Shown piece after piece: positions 51,405 through 64,000 of a DNA stretch of 64,000 nucleotides. Source of the DNA: Lama guanicoe (taxonomy: Eukaryota); the NCBI GenBank assembly GCA_013239625.1, contig MU054400.1:4093802-4157801 (forward strand), written 5' to 3'. The translations under genes and the position numbers were made by a program. The number at the start of each line of letters is the position of its first letter. The first letter of the stretch is position 1. The notes under the pieces are model-generated. The model made no database searches, was not told where the DNA came from, and was given only the letters and a program-made list of their open reading frames with translations.

Positions 51405-52049
51405 NNNNNNNNNNNNNNNNNNNNNNNNNNNNNNNNNNNNNNNNNNNNNNNNNNNNNNNNNNNNNNNNNNNNNNNNNNNNNNNNNNNNNNNNNNNNNNNN
51501 NNNNNNNNNNNNNNNNNNNNNNNNNNNNNNNNNNNNNNNNNNNNNNNNNNNNNNNNNNNNNNNNNNNNNNNNNNNNNNNNNNNNNNNNNNNNNNNNNNNN
51601 NNNNNNNNNNNNNNNNNNNNNNNNNNNNNNNNNNNNNNNNNNNNNNNNNNNNNNNNNNNNNNNNNNNNNNNNNNNNNNNNNNNNNNNNNNNNNNNNNNNN
51701 NNNNNNNNNNNNNNNNNNNNNNNNNNNNNNNNNNNNNNNNNNNNNNNNNNNNNNNNNNNNNNNNNNNNNNNNNNNNNNNNNNNNNNNNNNNNNNNNNNNN
51801 NNNNNNNNNNNNNNNNNNNNNNNNNNNNNNNNNNNNNNNNNNNNNNNNNNNNNNNNNNNNNNNNNNNNNNNNNNNNNNNNNNNNNNNNNNNNNNNNNNNN
51901 NNNNNNNNNNNNNNNNNNNNNNNNNNNNNNNNNNNNNNNNNNNNNNNNNNNNNNNNNNNNNNNNNNNNNNNNNNNNNNNNNNNNNNNNNNNNNNNNNNNN
52001 NNNNNNNNNNNNNNNNNNNNNNNNNNNNNNNNNNNNNNNNNNNNNNNNN
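51405..52049. other. Assembly gap (645 N)
   Basis: Run of N. Confidence 1.
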
Positions 52050-53489
52050 AGAGAGAGAGAGAGAGAGAAACTCAGAAGACATCAAAAGTTCTGACAAAAC
52101 AACATCTTGATGATTTAAGTGTAAATATGTCAGGGACATATGGTTTCTATTATTCCTGAAATAACACATGGGTTTAAAAATCAAGGGGAAAAGTGTTTGG
52201 TAAAACACACTGAGGACTTGGCTAAATGTTTTTTAAAGACCAGTTCTGAAGCCTGAAGGGAAAAACACCCAGAGGGGGGGCAAAGGCAAGGGCTCCACCC
52301 CTCCCTAGTTTGTTTCTTTTCTTGATCTAGGGGAGTACTCACATTGCCACCAGAATACGGATTTATCTGCCACCACAAGAAAGTTATTCGGAAGTTTATG
52401 TTCTGGTGAGCAAGTCTAGGTCCCAGTTGTATCCTGTTGTTTACTAGCAATATTAGTTTTAGGAAGGTTAATACATCTGAAAAATGGAGAAATAATTTAT
52501 ATCATGGGATTGTTGTGAGCATTTGTACTAATGCATATCAACTCCCTGGCACGTAGTAAATCCTTAATAAGAGGCGGCATTTAAAATGATCATCATTCTC
52601 TTGAAAAGTGGCGATGGGAAGATGGGTGAGGGAACCTAGTTTCATGAGTATGTAGAATCTGTGGGACCACATGAGGTCCTCTACCCACCTCCCCAACTAG
52701 AGACACAACCAACTGACAGAGGAATAGAGTGACTGGAGCAACTGCGGCCAAACACGAAGAAACAAGAGTGAGGCCCAAATGGGAGGGCAGGAGGAAGTGA
52801 GTCCCCACTGACCGACTCCTCAAGGCACTTGCTCCTCAAGGCACACATTTAAATGGCTTTTTAATTTAAGATATTTATTTTTAAGTGATATTTGGATTAT
52901 TTTTTATTAATGAATTTTAACAACTTTATTGAGTTATAATTGACTTGCCAAAAAAACTGGATGTATTTGAAGTGTATGATTTGATAAAGTTTATACAGCT
53001 GTGAAACTCTCACCAAAAGCAACACAGTGGAGACATTCATCACTCCTAGAAGTTTTCTCCTGCCCCTTTGTGATTCCGTCCACCTCTCCCCCAGGCAACC
53101 ACTGAAGTCTTCTCTGTCGCTGTAGATAAATCTGCATTTTCTGAAATTTTGTATGAATGGAGTCATACAATAGTGACTCTTTTTCATCTCACTTCTTTTC
53201 ACTCAGCATTACATTTTGAGATTCATTCTGTCATGGTGTGTGTTAATAGCTCACTTCTTGCTATGGCTGAATAGTATTCCATTACACAGATACATGGAAA
53301 TTATCTGTTCATGTTGATGACCATTGGGTTTGTTTGTAGTTTTTGTTTGTTTGGTTGTTTGGTTGGTTTTGTTTTTTGCAATTACAGATAGACCTAGAAT
53401 GAATGCCTGTGTGTAAATCTTTATGTTTTCTTTTCTCTGGTAAGTACCTAGGGATGGAACAGCTGGATAATTTCAGATGTATGTTTAAT
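52050..53489 (+). repeat. Copy 2 of the 1,440-bp duplication
   Basis: Begins in the same (AG)9 and runs past the point where copy 1 ends ('gatgtatgtttaat'), continuing into L1. Confidence 0.93.
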
Positions 53490-56025
53490 GTCTTAAGAAA
53501 CTGATGATCTATTTTCTAAAGTGGTTGTACCATCTTGCATTCTCAGCTGCCCTGTATGTGTTAGTGTTCTTGCTGCTGCTCATCCTTGCCAACATTTGAT
53601 AGGGTCAGTCTTTTTAATTTTAGACATTTTAGTAGGTGTATTGTGGTATCTCACTGTGGTTTTAATTTTTGTTTGCCTAGTGACTAACGGGGTTGGCCAT
53701 CTTTTTGTTTGCTTACTCACAATTCCTACATTTTCTTTGGTGAAGTATGTGCTCAAAACTTTCACTCATTTTTAAAAATGCGGGTTCTTTATTTTCTTAT
53801 TAATTATTGAACTTTCAGTGTCTTTTTTAATACTCTGTGTAAAAATTCCCTTATCGAGTATGTGATTTGCAAATATTTCCTTCCGATCTTCTGTGGCTTG
53901 TTTTATTCTCTTAATCATGCCTTTCAAAGAGCAGACATTCCTTATTTTGATAAGGCTCAGTATATCCATTTTTTCTTTTATAGACTGTACTTTCAGTATT
54001 GTATCTAAGTAATCTTTACCTAAATGAAAGCCATAAAGATTTTCTCCTGTTTTTCTTTCTAGAATTTTTATGATTGTAAGTTTTACATTTAGGACCATGA
54101 TCTATTTTGAGTAATTTTTATATATGGCGTGAAACTTCAGTCTAAGGCTCTTTTTTTTTTTTTTTGCAAGTGGCTAACTAATTATTCCAGCACTATTTGT
54201 TAAAAGGACTATCCTTTCTCAGTTGGATTGCCTTTCTGCCTGTGTTGATCATATATGTGTGGGTATATTTCTGGACTTTCTATTTTGTTCCATAAGTATC
54301 ATTTGTCTATTTTAGAACCAATATCACATTACTCGATTCTCATGACTTTATAATAAGTCTTAAGGTCAAACTGTAAATACTTCAAATTTTTTCTTTTTTT
54401 TCAAAATTGTTTTGGTTCTTTGAGGTCCCTTACATCTCCATATGAATTTTAGACTCAGCCTATCAATTTCCAAAAAAAAGTTGGGATTACACTGAATCTA
54501 GAGATGAACTTAAGGAGAACTGACATTTTAAAAGCATTGAATCTTCTGACCCATGAACAAGGTGTATCTCTTCATTTATCTAGGGCTTCTTTAATTTCTT
54601 TCGGCAATATTTTTTAGTTTTGTGTCTTTCGTCAGATTTATTTCTAAATAGTTCATGGTTTATGTTTTATAAATTATATTTTAAGAATTATTTAGAAATA
54701 CAATTGATTTTTATATACAAATCTTGAATCCTATAAACTTAGTAAATTTTCTCATTAATTTTAGTAGTTTTTTTAGTGGATTCCATAAGGACAGTTTTAC
54801 TTCTTTCTTTCCAATCTGAACATCTTTCCCCACTTTCTAACCTTGTTGGATTGGCTGAAACCTTCATGACAATGTTGGCTAAAAATAACAAGAGTGGACT
54901 TCTTTGTCCTGTTCCTGGCCTTAGGGAGAAAGCATAGACTCTTTCACCGTTACATATGACATTAACTGTAGGTTTTTGTAAGTGTCTTTGTCAGTTAAGG
55001 ATGTTGCTTTATATGCCTAGTTTGTTGTGAGTTTTTAGTCAGAATTTGATGTTGGGTTTCCTCAAATATTTTTTTCTGCATTGATTGAGATGATTGTATA
55101 GTTGCATTGATTGATTTTCTAATATTAAACCAACCTTGCATTCCTATTCCTGTCATGACATATTATCCTTTTTTATATGTTGTTGGATTCAATTTGCTAA
55201 AATTTGTTAAGAACATCTGCATGTGTATTCATGAAGGACATTGATCTGTAGTTTTCTTTTCTTGTAATGTGTTTGTTTGGCTTAGGTGTCTTTATAATGA
55301 TGACTTCATAGAATAAGTTGTGAAGCATTCCTTTCTCTTCAACTGGTCTTGAATTGGTATTCTTTCTTTTTTAAATGGTTGGTAGAATTTGCTGCTAAAG
55401 TCATCTGGGCCTGTAATTTGTTGGAAGAATTTAACTACAAATTCAGTTTTTTTTTTAAATATATTTTTATCACCTTCAAGTTATCTATTTTATCTTGCAT
55501 TAGCTTTGGTAATTGTGTCTTTCAAGGAATTTGTACATTTCATATAGGTTCTTGACTTTATTAGCATGAAGTTGTTCACAATATTTCATTTTTAATATTT
55601 TAGCATCTGTAAAATTTGTAGCGATACCATTGTCTTCATTCTTGATATTGGTACTTTGTGTCTTTTCTCACTTTTTCCTGGTCAGATTGACTAGCGATTT
55701 ATCAATTTTATTCATCTTTTCAAGGAACTAGGTTTTAGTTTTACTGATTTTCTTAATTGTTTTACTGTTTTCCGTTTTATTCATTTGTACTTTATCTTTC
55801 ATTATTTCTTTTCTTCTGATTATTTTGGGTTTAATATGCTCTTCTTTCTCTAGAGACTTAAGGTGGAAATTCAAACTTTATTTGTGAACTTTCTTTTTTC
55901 CTACTTTAGTGCCATACATTTCTTCTATGTGTGTACTATGTTAGCAGCATCTTACAAATTTTCATCTAGTTCAAATATTTTCTAATTTCCCTTTTAACTT
56001 TGTTTTTCACCCATGAGTTATTTAC
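52900..56025 (-). mobile_element. Old L1 (L1MC/MD-like), about 3.1 kb, decayed ORF2 plus 3' UTR
   Basis: Long T-rich antisense L1. Peptides 'KTTVRYHNTPTKMSKIKKTD' and 'LERKTGENLYGFHLGKDYLD' are ORF2 C-terminal homologues. Confidence 0.9.
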
Positions 56026-58789
56026 ACGTTTGGATTAAAATGTAAAGGCAAATGGAAGGAAAGGGAATAGAGCTGCAGAAAAGGAAATGATCTTTATTGG
56101 GTGCTTCTCGGGCTTAAAACATGGGGCTCAGTGCTATTACAACATTCACTCAACCAGTGCAAAAACTCCATTGATTAGATACAGAAAGCTGGTGGCAAAG
56201 TAATCTACTATTGAGCTCAGCTTACACAAGGCGTGCCAGATTTGGAACTGGACCCCATATCTGCTAGTCTCCAAAACTCACATTATCTTATCTCGTCCCC
56301 ATGTCTGGGGTGAGAGGTAGCAGATCAGAATATTGGGAGAGCATGCAACATCAAGCCCTCTTGCCTCACAATCTTCTCTAGGGTGAGCTTTGATACTGAT
56401 TCTTAAGTAAAGCGTTGTAACACCGAGACTCTGACCTTTCTGTGGATCTGCACACCTCAGAGCCAAAACTAATAGAAATGATAATTTATTTAGAGTTCAT
56501 GTAAGTCACTGTGGTTGAATACAGCATCAAAAGCAGAGCCCTGACTCTCACCCACTGACTTACAGAGAACGAGCAGAGGACAGTGAACCACGTCTGGGGA
56601 CTCACTCTGTGTGATGGTGGTGATAGTGGGGCCGAGGAACAGAGGTTGGAAGCCAGACTGCTCCTCTTCATTAAGGCTCTGATATTTCTATTGTCTTTTT
56701 ACTGAGAGGTTGATCGAATCTTTCCAGTCTCCCCTTTCTTTTGGCATCAGTGATGCAGCTATTCCAGGTCAGATATAAATATCATCTCAACGTGGGGTAA
56801 AATGAAAATGCTACATTGAGTTAAATCAGACAGAAGAGAGGTGTGGAGGGGTTTGTCAAGGAAAAAGAACACGTCTGGGGCTCAGGCATCCCTCATGGGG
56901 CAAAGAGGACATCCCCAATGAAAAGAACAAGGGAAGAGAGACTGTCATTGTGCCAAAGAGCCTATCAGAGAGCCTCCGAGAGCTGGGAGCTTCCCACAGC
57001 CGGCTTGCTTTGCCCGACTGGGAGGACTTCCATGCTGAGGATGCCAGCGCCCCCCACAGCAGCGCCCCGCGAACAGCTCTGTTTGTTTGCTTGTTGTGTT
57101 TGCCCTTGTACATTTAGTTCCGATTAGGAAGGGGAGCCAGGAGGCTGCGTACTGCCCAGCCTGGCCCTGTAAATATTTGTACAGTGTTTATGACAGATGT
57201 TTTCCTGTTATGAAGGAATCTGACCTTCATTAAAAATCTGGAACTTTTTTTAATGCGATGCCAAAACATCAGAAACAACAGCAGGCATTGCCGGTGATTT
57301 TCACATATTTAAAGACGCAGATTCTTCCTCAGCCAAACCGGTCATTATCACGACTGTTATTATTTGCTGGGAAAGTGGTCGTCGGGTGAAAAAGAACCAC
57401 AGTTGCGTTTTCTTTGCTCTAATCACCATCCTACTGCAGCCAACATTCTGCAGATTGGGTCGCTGAATGCTCTCACTTCATAAACCAAAAACGTAGCTTT
57501 TCCTTACGTCCAGTGACGTGTTCTTTTTCCTGATGTTTGGAGCATCAATTAAGCCACATACAAATAATGCTCAATATGTGGAGCTTATGTTTTTTCTCTA
57601 ACCATTGTTCATCATTGAGATACTATAAATATATGATACATGAAAAACTACATAAAGGTATCAAGAAAAATTATAATATAATGAAGGGTTAAGTCACTTT
57701 AATATCCCTGAGGTGCATGAACTTCTTTTAGGCTGAGGCATATGGGCTTAGAGTCACCCATTTAGCTGATGTGTTGCCTCCTTAGAATTGATGGGGTTTG
57801 GGGTCACCATGACTTCTGTTTGCCAGGGAAAGAAAAATTCACGATACTGGTGTTCTTCAGGGTTTCCAGAACCTAGAAGGTGCAAATTGTAGAAATCACA
57901 TGCACACAGTCACAATAGAAGTCACTTGTGTTGTAGACCCAGGAAAAGAGAGTCAGGGTGCTGTGACTGAGCACCCACCCTGGTGGCACCCTAGTGGTAC
58001 CTCTGTTTACCACAGGTCAGGTCTGGAGCTCGGGGTTTCAGTTCCATACCTGATGTGATCAGCATCCAGAGAAGGGATCCAGTTCATAGTGATGGACTCA
58101 CATGAACAATGTATATAAGACTGAGTTATAGTATCAGAATACCGATTTATTACTTTATATTTTCAAAAGCATAGCACATAACTAGAACCATGGAAAGCCC
58201 TAATGGCCAATGTTATCTGTGCTTGACAATCAAGGAGAAAAAAAGGAATAAATATCAAGGCTGAATAAGGAGTAACACCACATACCCATCATCTCTCTGC
58301 AGAGTTGGCTTAGGAATCTGTATTTATACTTCTGCTTATATTTATACAATGCTTGGACAAGCATTGTTGAATTTCCCCCTGGGGCTTCCCATTTTCTGTT
58401 TCTCCAGAAGATAAAGCCGTTTTGGATTGCCATGTGCTTTCTTCAGAACATTAATATTTCATTCAGGTTACAGTTAAATCCTGCCTGGCTTGGAAGTCAT
58501 TCTCTCACGGGACTGCGAGCATCCTTCCTGTGATACACTGTGTGTATCTGTGACAGTCTTTAATCTCAGGAGATGATATTATATCCTCACTTCCAATTTC
58601 TTGGAAACTGGGAACTCACGAAAACCCCCAGCACTTGCAAAAAAAAGCAACATAACCAGTTTACAGAAATACTCTGGACTCTTCCGCTGAACATGCTTGC
58701 CGTCCCTTCTTCAGTAAAATTAACAATTGACTAATAGTCATTATTAATACCAGTTCTGAAAAGTCTTGCAAATGACAGGCATGCGTCCA

Positions 58790-59460
58790 AAAGAAACTGT
58801 CACACTTCTGTACAAGGGGCCACGGACCATGTTCACCACAGCAGAGTTTGTTACAACAAAAATGGAAACAACTTAAATATCCACCCAAAGAAGAATGGGT
58901 AAAGCAGTCGTCATAAAATCAAACAAAGAAAACCAACAATTAAAATAAGTGAATCAGCTCTCATGTATCAATAGAGATACATCTAAAAAATTATCTAGAT
59001 ACGTCTAGATAAATAATAAATTAAATAATATCTAGATACATCTAGCTAATTTTGAAAACTCTAGATATATCTAGAAAATTAATAAGGAAGAAAAGTAAGT
59101 CACCGAAAGGCATTTGCAGTATGAGACCATTTCTCCATTTTTAAAACTCTCAGAACAATGCTGTAATTAGTTTATGGAAACATACACATGTGGTTTAAAC
59201 AAAACTGTATAAAAAGTATACCCAACAATTTCTCAGGGTTGTGGCTGCTTCTGGGAAGCTAGGGAAGGGAGTAGGACCAGGGTGAATGAGGAAGGGCAGT
59301 TAAGCTCTAGCTACAAAGTTTCATTTCTTCAAAAAAATCTGGTGATGTAGGGAGAATATTAACAGTCACATAAATCCAGGTGGCAAGTATATAGGTTATG
59401 GTTATATTCAATTCTCTATTTTCTCTGTTTTTTTTAAAATCCTCCATAATAAGCTTTTGA
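58790..59460 (+). mobile_element. Old L1 3' region (L1ME-like)
   Basis: 'atgttcaccacagcagagtttgttac...aaatggaaacaacttaaatatccacccaaagaagaatgggtaaa'. Confidence 0.7.
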
Positions 59461-61489
59461 AAAGAAAAAGGGACTTAAAGGGCATGGAAAAAACTGATGG
59501 CAGCAAAATATGTATTGTCTGATACAATTTATGAAAAGCGTGAATATATACATATACATATAAAAGTACATATAAAGTTGTAAACGCACAGAATAAGGTC
59601 TGAATGACGAATCACCAAGTTGTTATAACCTACTGACACGGGAGAAGTGGGTGCGAGCTGTGGGTAAAGGGGTACTTCTACTTTATAAAAATTCTATATA
59701 CTTTTCTAAATTTACCAAATGTACATAAATCTTGTGTTCAGGCACTAATTCATAATTTAAAAGTAAAAAATGCACATGTTCCTTCTATGAAAACAAAGAA
59801 CCACCACAGCAATGCATACACATTCCAAGGTTCTCGGAATCTCTCCGGCAAATTCGAGGGATTTAAATCACACCCAGTTGTCTCCAGATCACAGACACCT
59901 GTACTTCTCACCCCCAAGGCCCCCAAATAAAGGCCAAGGTAATCCTGGGGTAGGGGAAGGTTGGAAAGACTGTGTACCCAATCAGGGACAAGCCAACCAG
60001 TGCACAGGAACGACTGGAGGAGACATTGGTTTAGGGTCAATTAGTGTCTCTGAAGCCATCGGAAAGCCCTGGACCCCCACAACTGAGTGCAGTGCTCTAA
60101 CACAATTTCAGAAGATTGCCAAAGCCCGAGAGGCTGCAGGACCATGTTCTTGCAATATGGGACGCCCTCTGACATCACGTCCTCCCTCATTTCCTAATCC
60201 CTTGGGTTGATCATCTCATCTACCCGTCTAGTGGGACCCCAGCCTCTTCTCCTGGGCTCCCGGCCCCCACAGCAGAGGGCTGGCCGAGGACTTCCGCTGT
60301 GAAGCCACAGGTCACACTGTCTCCAGCACAGGCTCAGTCGGGGCCTCGGCGTGGCTCAGCCTGTCCCCGTCTTACTCATGGCATGGTGCTCTCCCACCCT
60401 TTGTGGCAGTTACTTCAAAGGTTCCGGACACCCTTCAAGCCCTACCCCTCAACAGCTGGCCCAGAGTCCTTCTTCCCAGAGAAAGGAAAAGACATGAGTC
60501 GAGCTCCGTTTTCCAGCAGCACATGAAATTCACCAGCACCGTGTCCACAGTGCCATCCATCTCTCCTCTGCCGCGGTCCGTCCCTCCACCCCTGCCCCCG
60601 AGCCGCCCTACCACCCCACGGCGTCAGCTCGCTCTCCTGTCTCCTGCACCTTCAGCGCTTCCCTCACTGCTCCCAGCAGCCTGTAAACTCACTCTCTTCT
60701 CTCATCTTTGACCAAGGGATCCTCCTATCACCTCATGCACCTCCATCCGGCACTCTTGCTGGGTCTGCACAGCCAGACTTTCCCAACCACACTGGGTTCT
60801 CTCTCCTGGGTTTTCTGGTCCTGCTTTGTTGTAATGCTGTTCCCCCATCCTGCTGCTTGTCCTCGTCAGAAACCCTGGGCTCTCAACCCAGCACCCTGTT
60901 CATCACCAGTTCTCCGCTTGCCCCTCTTCAGGCCCGTTAGCCCCTTCGAAGGAAACCCACCCTTGACCATGCTGTGTCATCTCTGAAGCTGCAGGGTAGA
61001 CGCTACACTTCTTACTGAGCTTTATGGCGGCGCCAGAGGCAGCAGTCACCGGGACTGAGAGCTGCGCGTGGCTTCCTCCCTGACTGCCTCAGAATCAAGC
61101 TCTCCTGGAAAAAGGTGACTTCATTCTCTGTGGAAGACTGACAGCCTGGGATCATGAAAAGAAAGCTGAATTCTGCCTTCGAACATGACGTTGACCATCT
61201 TCTTTGTGAAATAGTAATCCTGGCGTCATTGTTCCAAGGAACTCTGAGTCGCCCCGGTGTCCGTAGCATGTGATCCTCCAATAAGAATTGAGACGGAAGG
61301 CTTCTCAGAGGGGACAAGTGCTCACCACAGCATCGTAGTCCTCCTCTGATTGAGCCCTGTCGTCTAATCGGGGTTTACAGGTCTAGCTCCTCTGTCAGGT
61401 TGTGTCTTTTGATGCTTGGGCAATGGTTCCAGACCTTGGGGCAGTGGGGGAGCTCACTCAAAATTGTCCAACAATTAGGGCTTGTGACT

Positions 61490-61630
61490 GGACACATCTG
61501 GATTCAGACCCCACCTCCATTACTGGCTAATTGTGTAATTTGGGCAAGGAGCTAATGTCCCTGAGTCTCAGCTTTCTCATTTGTAAATTGAGAGAGAAAT
61601 AATTTCTACTTTAGAGGCTGGTGTAAGAGT
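61490..61630 (+). mobile_element. MIR SINE
   Basis: 'ctggattcagaccccacctccattactggct...ctgagtctcagctttctcatttgtaaattg'. Confidence 0.8.
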
Positions 61631-62652
61631 GTTGGGTCCCCAGTAAATGCCTGAAAAATAATAGCTGTTATAACTAGCATGTCTGTTAACGACTGTTCGG
61701 TACACAATAGGGTTACGACCAGCATGGAACTTTGTGATGTTGTCTTCAGTTTCCCTGAAGGAGGAAAATGGTTGTTTCTTCAGTGGTGTCAGTTGAGGCA
61801 CCCCATAATTGCCCTATAGGCTGAGATCCCGTCATACATCAACTTAATCTTCATTATCTGATCATATACTGAAGCTTTAGCATAACCAGTCTCTATACCT
61901 TCCAACTGAAAACCACTGTTTGGAAGAAAGAAATGTGTCCTGGCCGACTGTTCTATGGCCGTGTAACAGGAGACCTCGGTTCAGCTCCGAGGGGAGGCGG
62001 GAAGGGTGGCTTGGGAGGTTGGGGGTATAAAGGATCCCAGGATGAACAGAAATATCATCCAGAGAACAAATTTTCTGTCCTCCCACTGATTGTCTTGCCT
62101 TCCTTGTTCTTTTCTTTTTTGCTTTTGGTGTGTGAGAGAGAATAAAAGGAGTAAAGGAGAAAAGACAGAAAAAGAAAGGTGGATTCTCTTTGAAGGTCCC
62201 CCGAAGCAAATCCCCTAGTTTCTGGGTCGGGATGGGATCACATCCCCCTGATCAGCGGGCCAGTGGTGCTGGCTAACAACCGCCACTCACACAGGGAGGT
62301 CGAGGGGCAGGGTCTATAAAAAGAAAGCAGAGTTCTGCTCTTGCAGCCCCGCCCTGCCTCTACAACTGGCAGAAACTTGAAAACACTGGCTCCCAGGCCG
62401 TTCAATTTTACAGATGAAGAAAATTTTTTAAATGAAAAAGAGAGAGAGAGAACTACAGAAGTCTGGAATGTTTTCAGGTTTCAAAGCCTCAACATTTAAA
62501 AATTAAAAGTTTAAAACAACTGCTATTTACTCTCACCACTGCTTAACACAAGAAAAGAACATCTTTAACACCAAAAATGAACTAAGAATATATCCTTGGA
62601 ATAAAGGAAAATCCTTTTAAGAAAATGGAAATTGCAGTTTCAACCTTGCAGG

Positions 62653-62655
<3 letters not shown>

Positions 62656-62695
<40 letters not shown>
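62656..62695 (+). repeat. (TC)20 microsatellite
   Basis: Pure dinucleotide run. Confidence 0.95.
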
Positions 62696-62699
<4 letters not shown>

Positions 62700-63089
62700 C
62701 ACCCATCCACTCATCCATCTAGTTATCAAGTTGTTGTATGTCTGCCTAAACATTTATATGATACTGCGCTAATTTGCCCCATTTCTCTGTGGATCTTTCA
62801 TCATGAGGATTTTAGAACCACGCCGTAGAGGTTGTCTATTATAAGTGTTAGTTTAAGGTGAATATTCTGAAACACAGAAATCAAGTGGCCTGTCTCATGA
62901 TCGTACAGGTAGTGGCAGATCAGATCTAGGGCCAGTCATCAGATTTCTGGTCTTAAAACCAAATGCCACTGCCTGTCTCATCACTCTGTCATCAGCAAAG
63001 GGCACAGTCAGCATATTCAGGTATCTGTTGCAACAGGGCTCTTGTCCACTGGGCACCACCCGGAAACCCTGGGTGGCTGTTTCAGACAT

Positions 63090-63835
63090 TCTCTTCTGTT
63101 ACATCCCCAGTCCTGTCTTCACTGATCTCATTCCTCTCCCTCCCTGACCACCCCTCGACATTGGCTCTGCTGGTTAAGGGTGCGCCCACATTGCTAGCGC
63201 CCCATCCCAGGATGGGGGAGGCAGGCAGTGCTTGCTGCCCCCTTCCCTCCATCCCACAGAGACACCAAGTCTTCTCAATCCCATCTCTGCAATGACTCTT
63301 ATATCTTGTCATTCCTCCCTGGCCCCAAAGATCTCACTCAGTCTTTTATCATTTCCTCTTCAGAATTGTTGCCATGGTTTCCTCCTTGGTCCTCCTCGCT
63401 CCAGGTGCTCTTTTTCTACCTAGTCTTTGAAACCAAATATTGAAAACAATAGTAACAAGAAACTAACAACAGCAGCAGGTCACTGTCAAGACTCCCCACT
63501 GCTTCCACTAGCAAAATCTCGGCCTCTCTCCTCCCAGAGCACCAGGTCTGAGTCTCACCCAGGCCACGTGCTTCTGACCTGTAAATATGCCATTCCTTTG
63601 GCCTGGAATGCCCTTCCTCTCATTCTCGGCTTTCAAAGCTCCCACTCCCCTTAATGCATTTCAAATGTCACTCCTAAGGCAACTTCATTTCTTTCTTCTC
63701 CAGCAGAATGAGTTTCTCTCTCCTTTGTGTCCCTGTAACTCTCAGCACACCTCTCCCCTTGAGTGAATATCACCAGATATCACGGCCGGTTGTGTATTCC
63801 TCCCCTAAGATAAATTGTGAGCTCATTGAAGGCAA
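63090..63835 (+). mobile_element. L2 LINE fragments
   Basis: 'tgccattcctttggcctggaatgcccttcc...tcaaatgtcactcc...attgtgagctcattgaaggca'. Confidence 0.65.
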
Positions 63836-63852
63836 TATTTGGGGACCTTTTC

Positions 63853-63966
63853 TTTTTTTAATTTAATTTTATTACTATTATTTTTAATGGAGGTGCTGGG
63901 AATTGAATCCAAGACCTCGTGCATGCTAAGCACACACTCTACCACTGAGCTATACCCCGCTCCCCC
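63853..63966 (-). mobile_element. tRNA-derived camelid SINE (Vic-1-like)
   Basis: 'ggaggtgctgggaattgaatccaagacctcgtgcatgctaagcacacactctaccactgagctatacccc'. TSD ggggaccttttc (63841-63852) / gggggccttttc (63968-63979). Confidence 0.88.
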
Positions 63967-64000
63967 AGGGGGCCTTTTCCATCACCATATCCTTTCCAGC

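Noticed and set aside
51318..52208. The two longest ORFs (258 and 281 aa)
   Set aside because: They are open only because they run through the N gap.
58973..59080. CRISPR-like repeat-spacer appearance
   Set aside because: Mammalian L1 context, units of only about 16 bp, irregular low-complexity spacers, no cas genes.
62310..62360. TATAAAAAG followed by a GC box
   Set aside because: The GC box is downstream of the TATA, and there is no CpG island or exon support.

Overview
Mammalian non-coding genomic DNA, intergenic or deep intronic. Two tRNA-derived SINEs with the Vic-1 pattern point to a camelid genome (alpaca or camel); this is recognition from memory, not a database search. I find no credible protein-coding exon, RNA gene, processed pseudogene or CRISPR array. 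The ORF-track entries are chance ORFs, decayed LINE-1 ORF2 fragments, or read-through of an N gap. A large part of the window is interspersed repeats: young and old L1, L2, MIR, MaLR/ERVL LTRs and hAT DNA transposons, including several nested insertions. Repeat-poor stretches near 6-8.5, 14.5, 29-35, 43.7 and 57.1 kb and a CpG island at about 47.6-48.5 kb look regulatory. A 1,440-bp apparently identical duplication flanking a 645-N gap is most likely an assembly artefact. I see no evidence of a novel biological system. The most interesting items are an apparent templated-insertion repair scar, AT-rich palindromes, candidate enhancers, and a possible spliced lncRNA starting at the CpG island. 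Repeat subfamily names and most boundaries are approximate.
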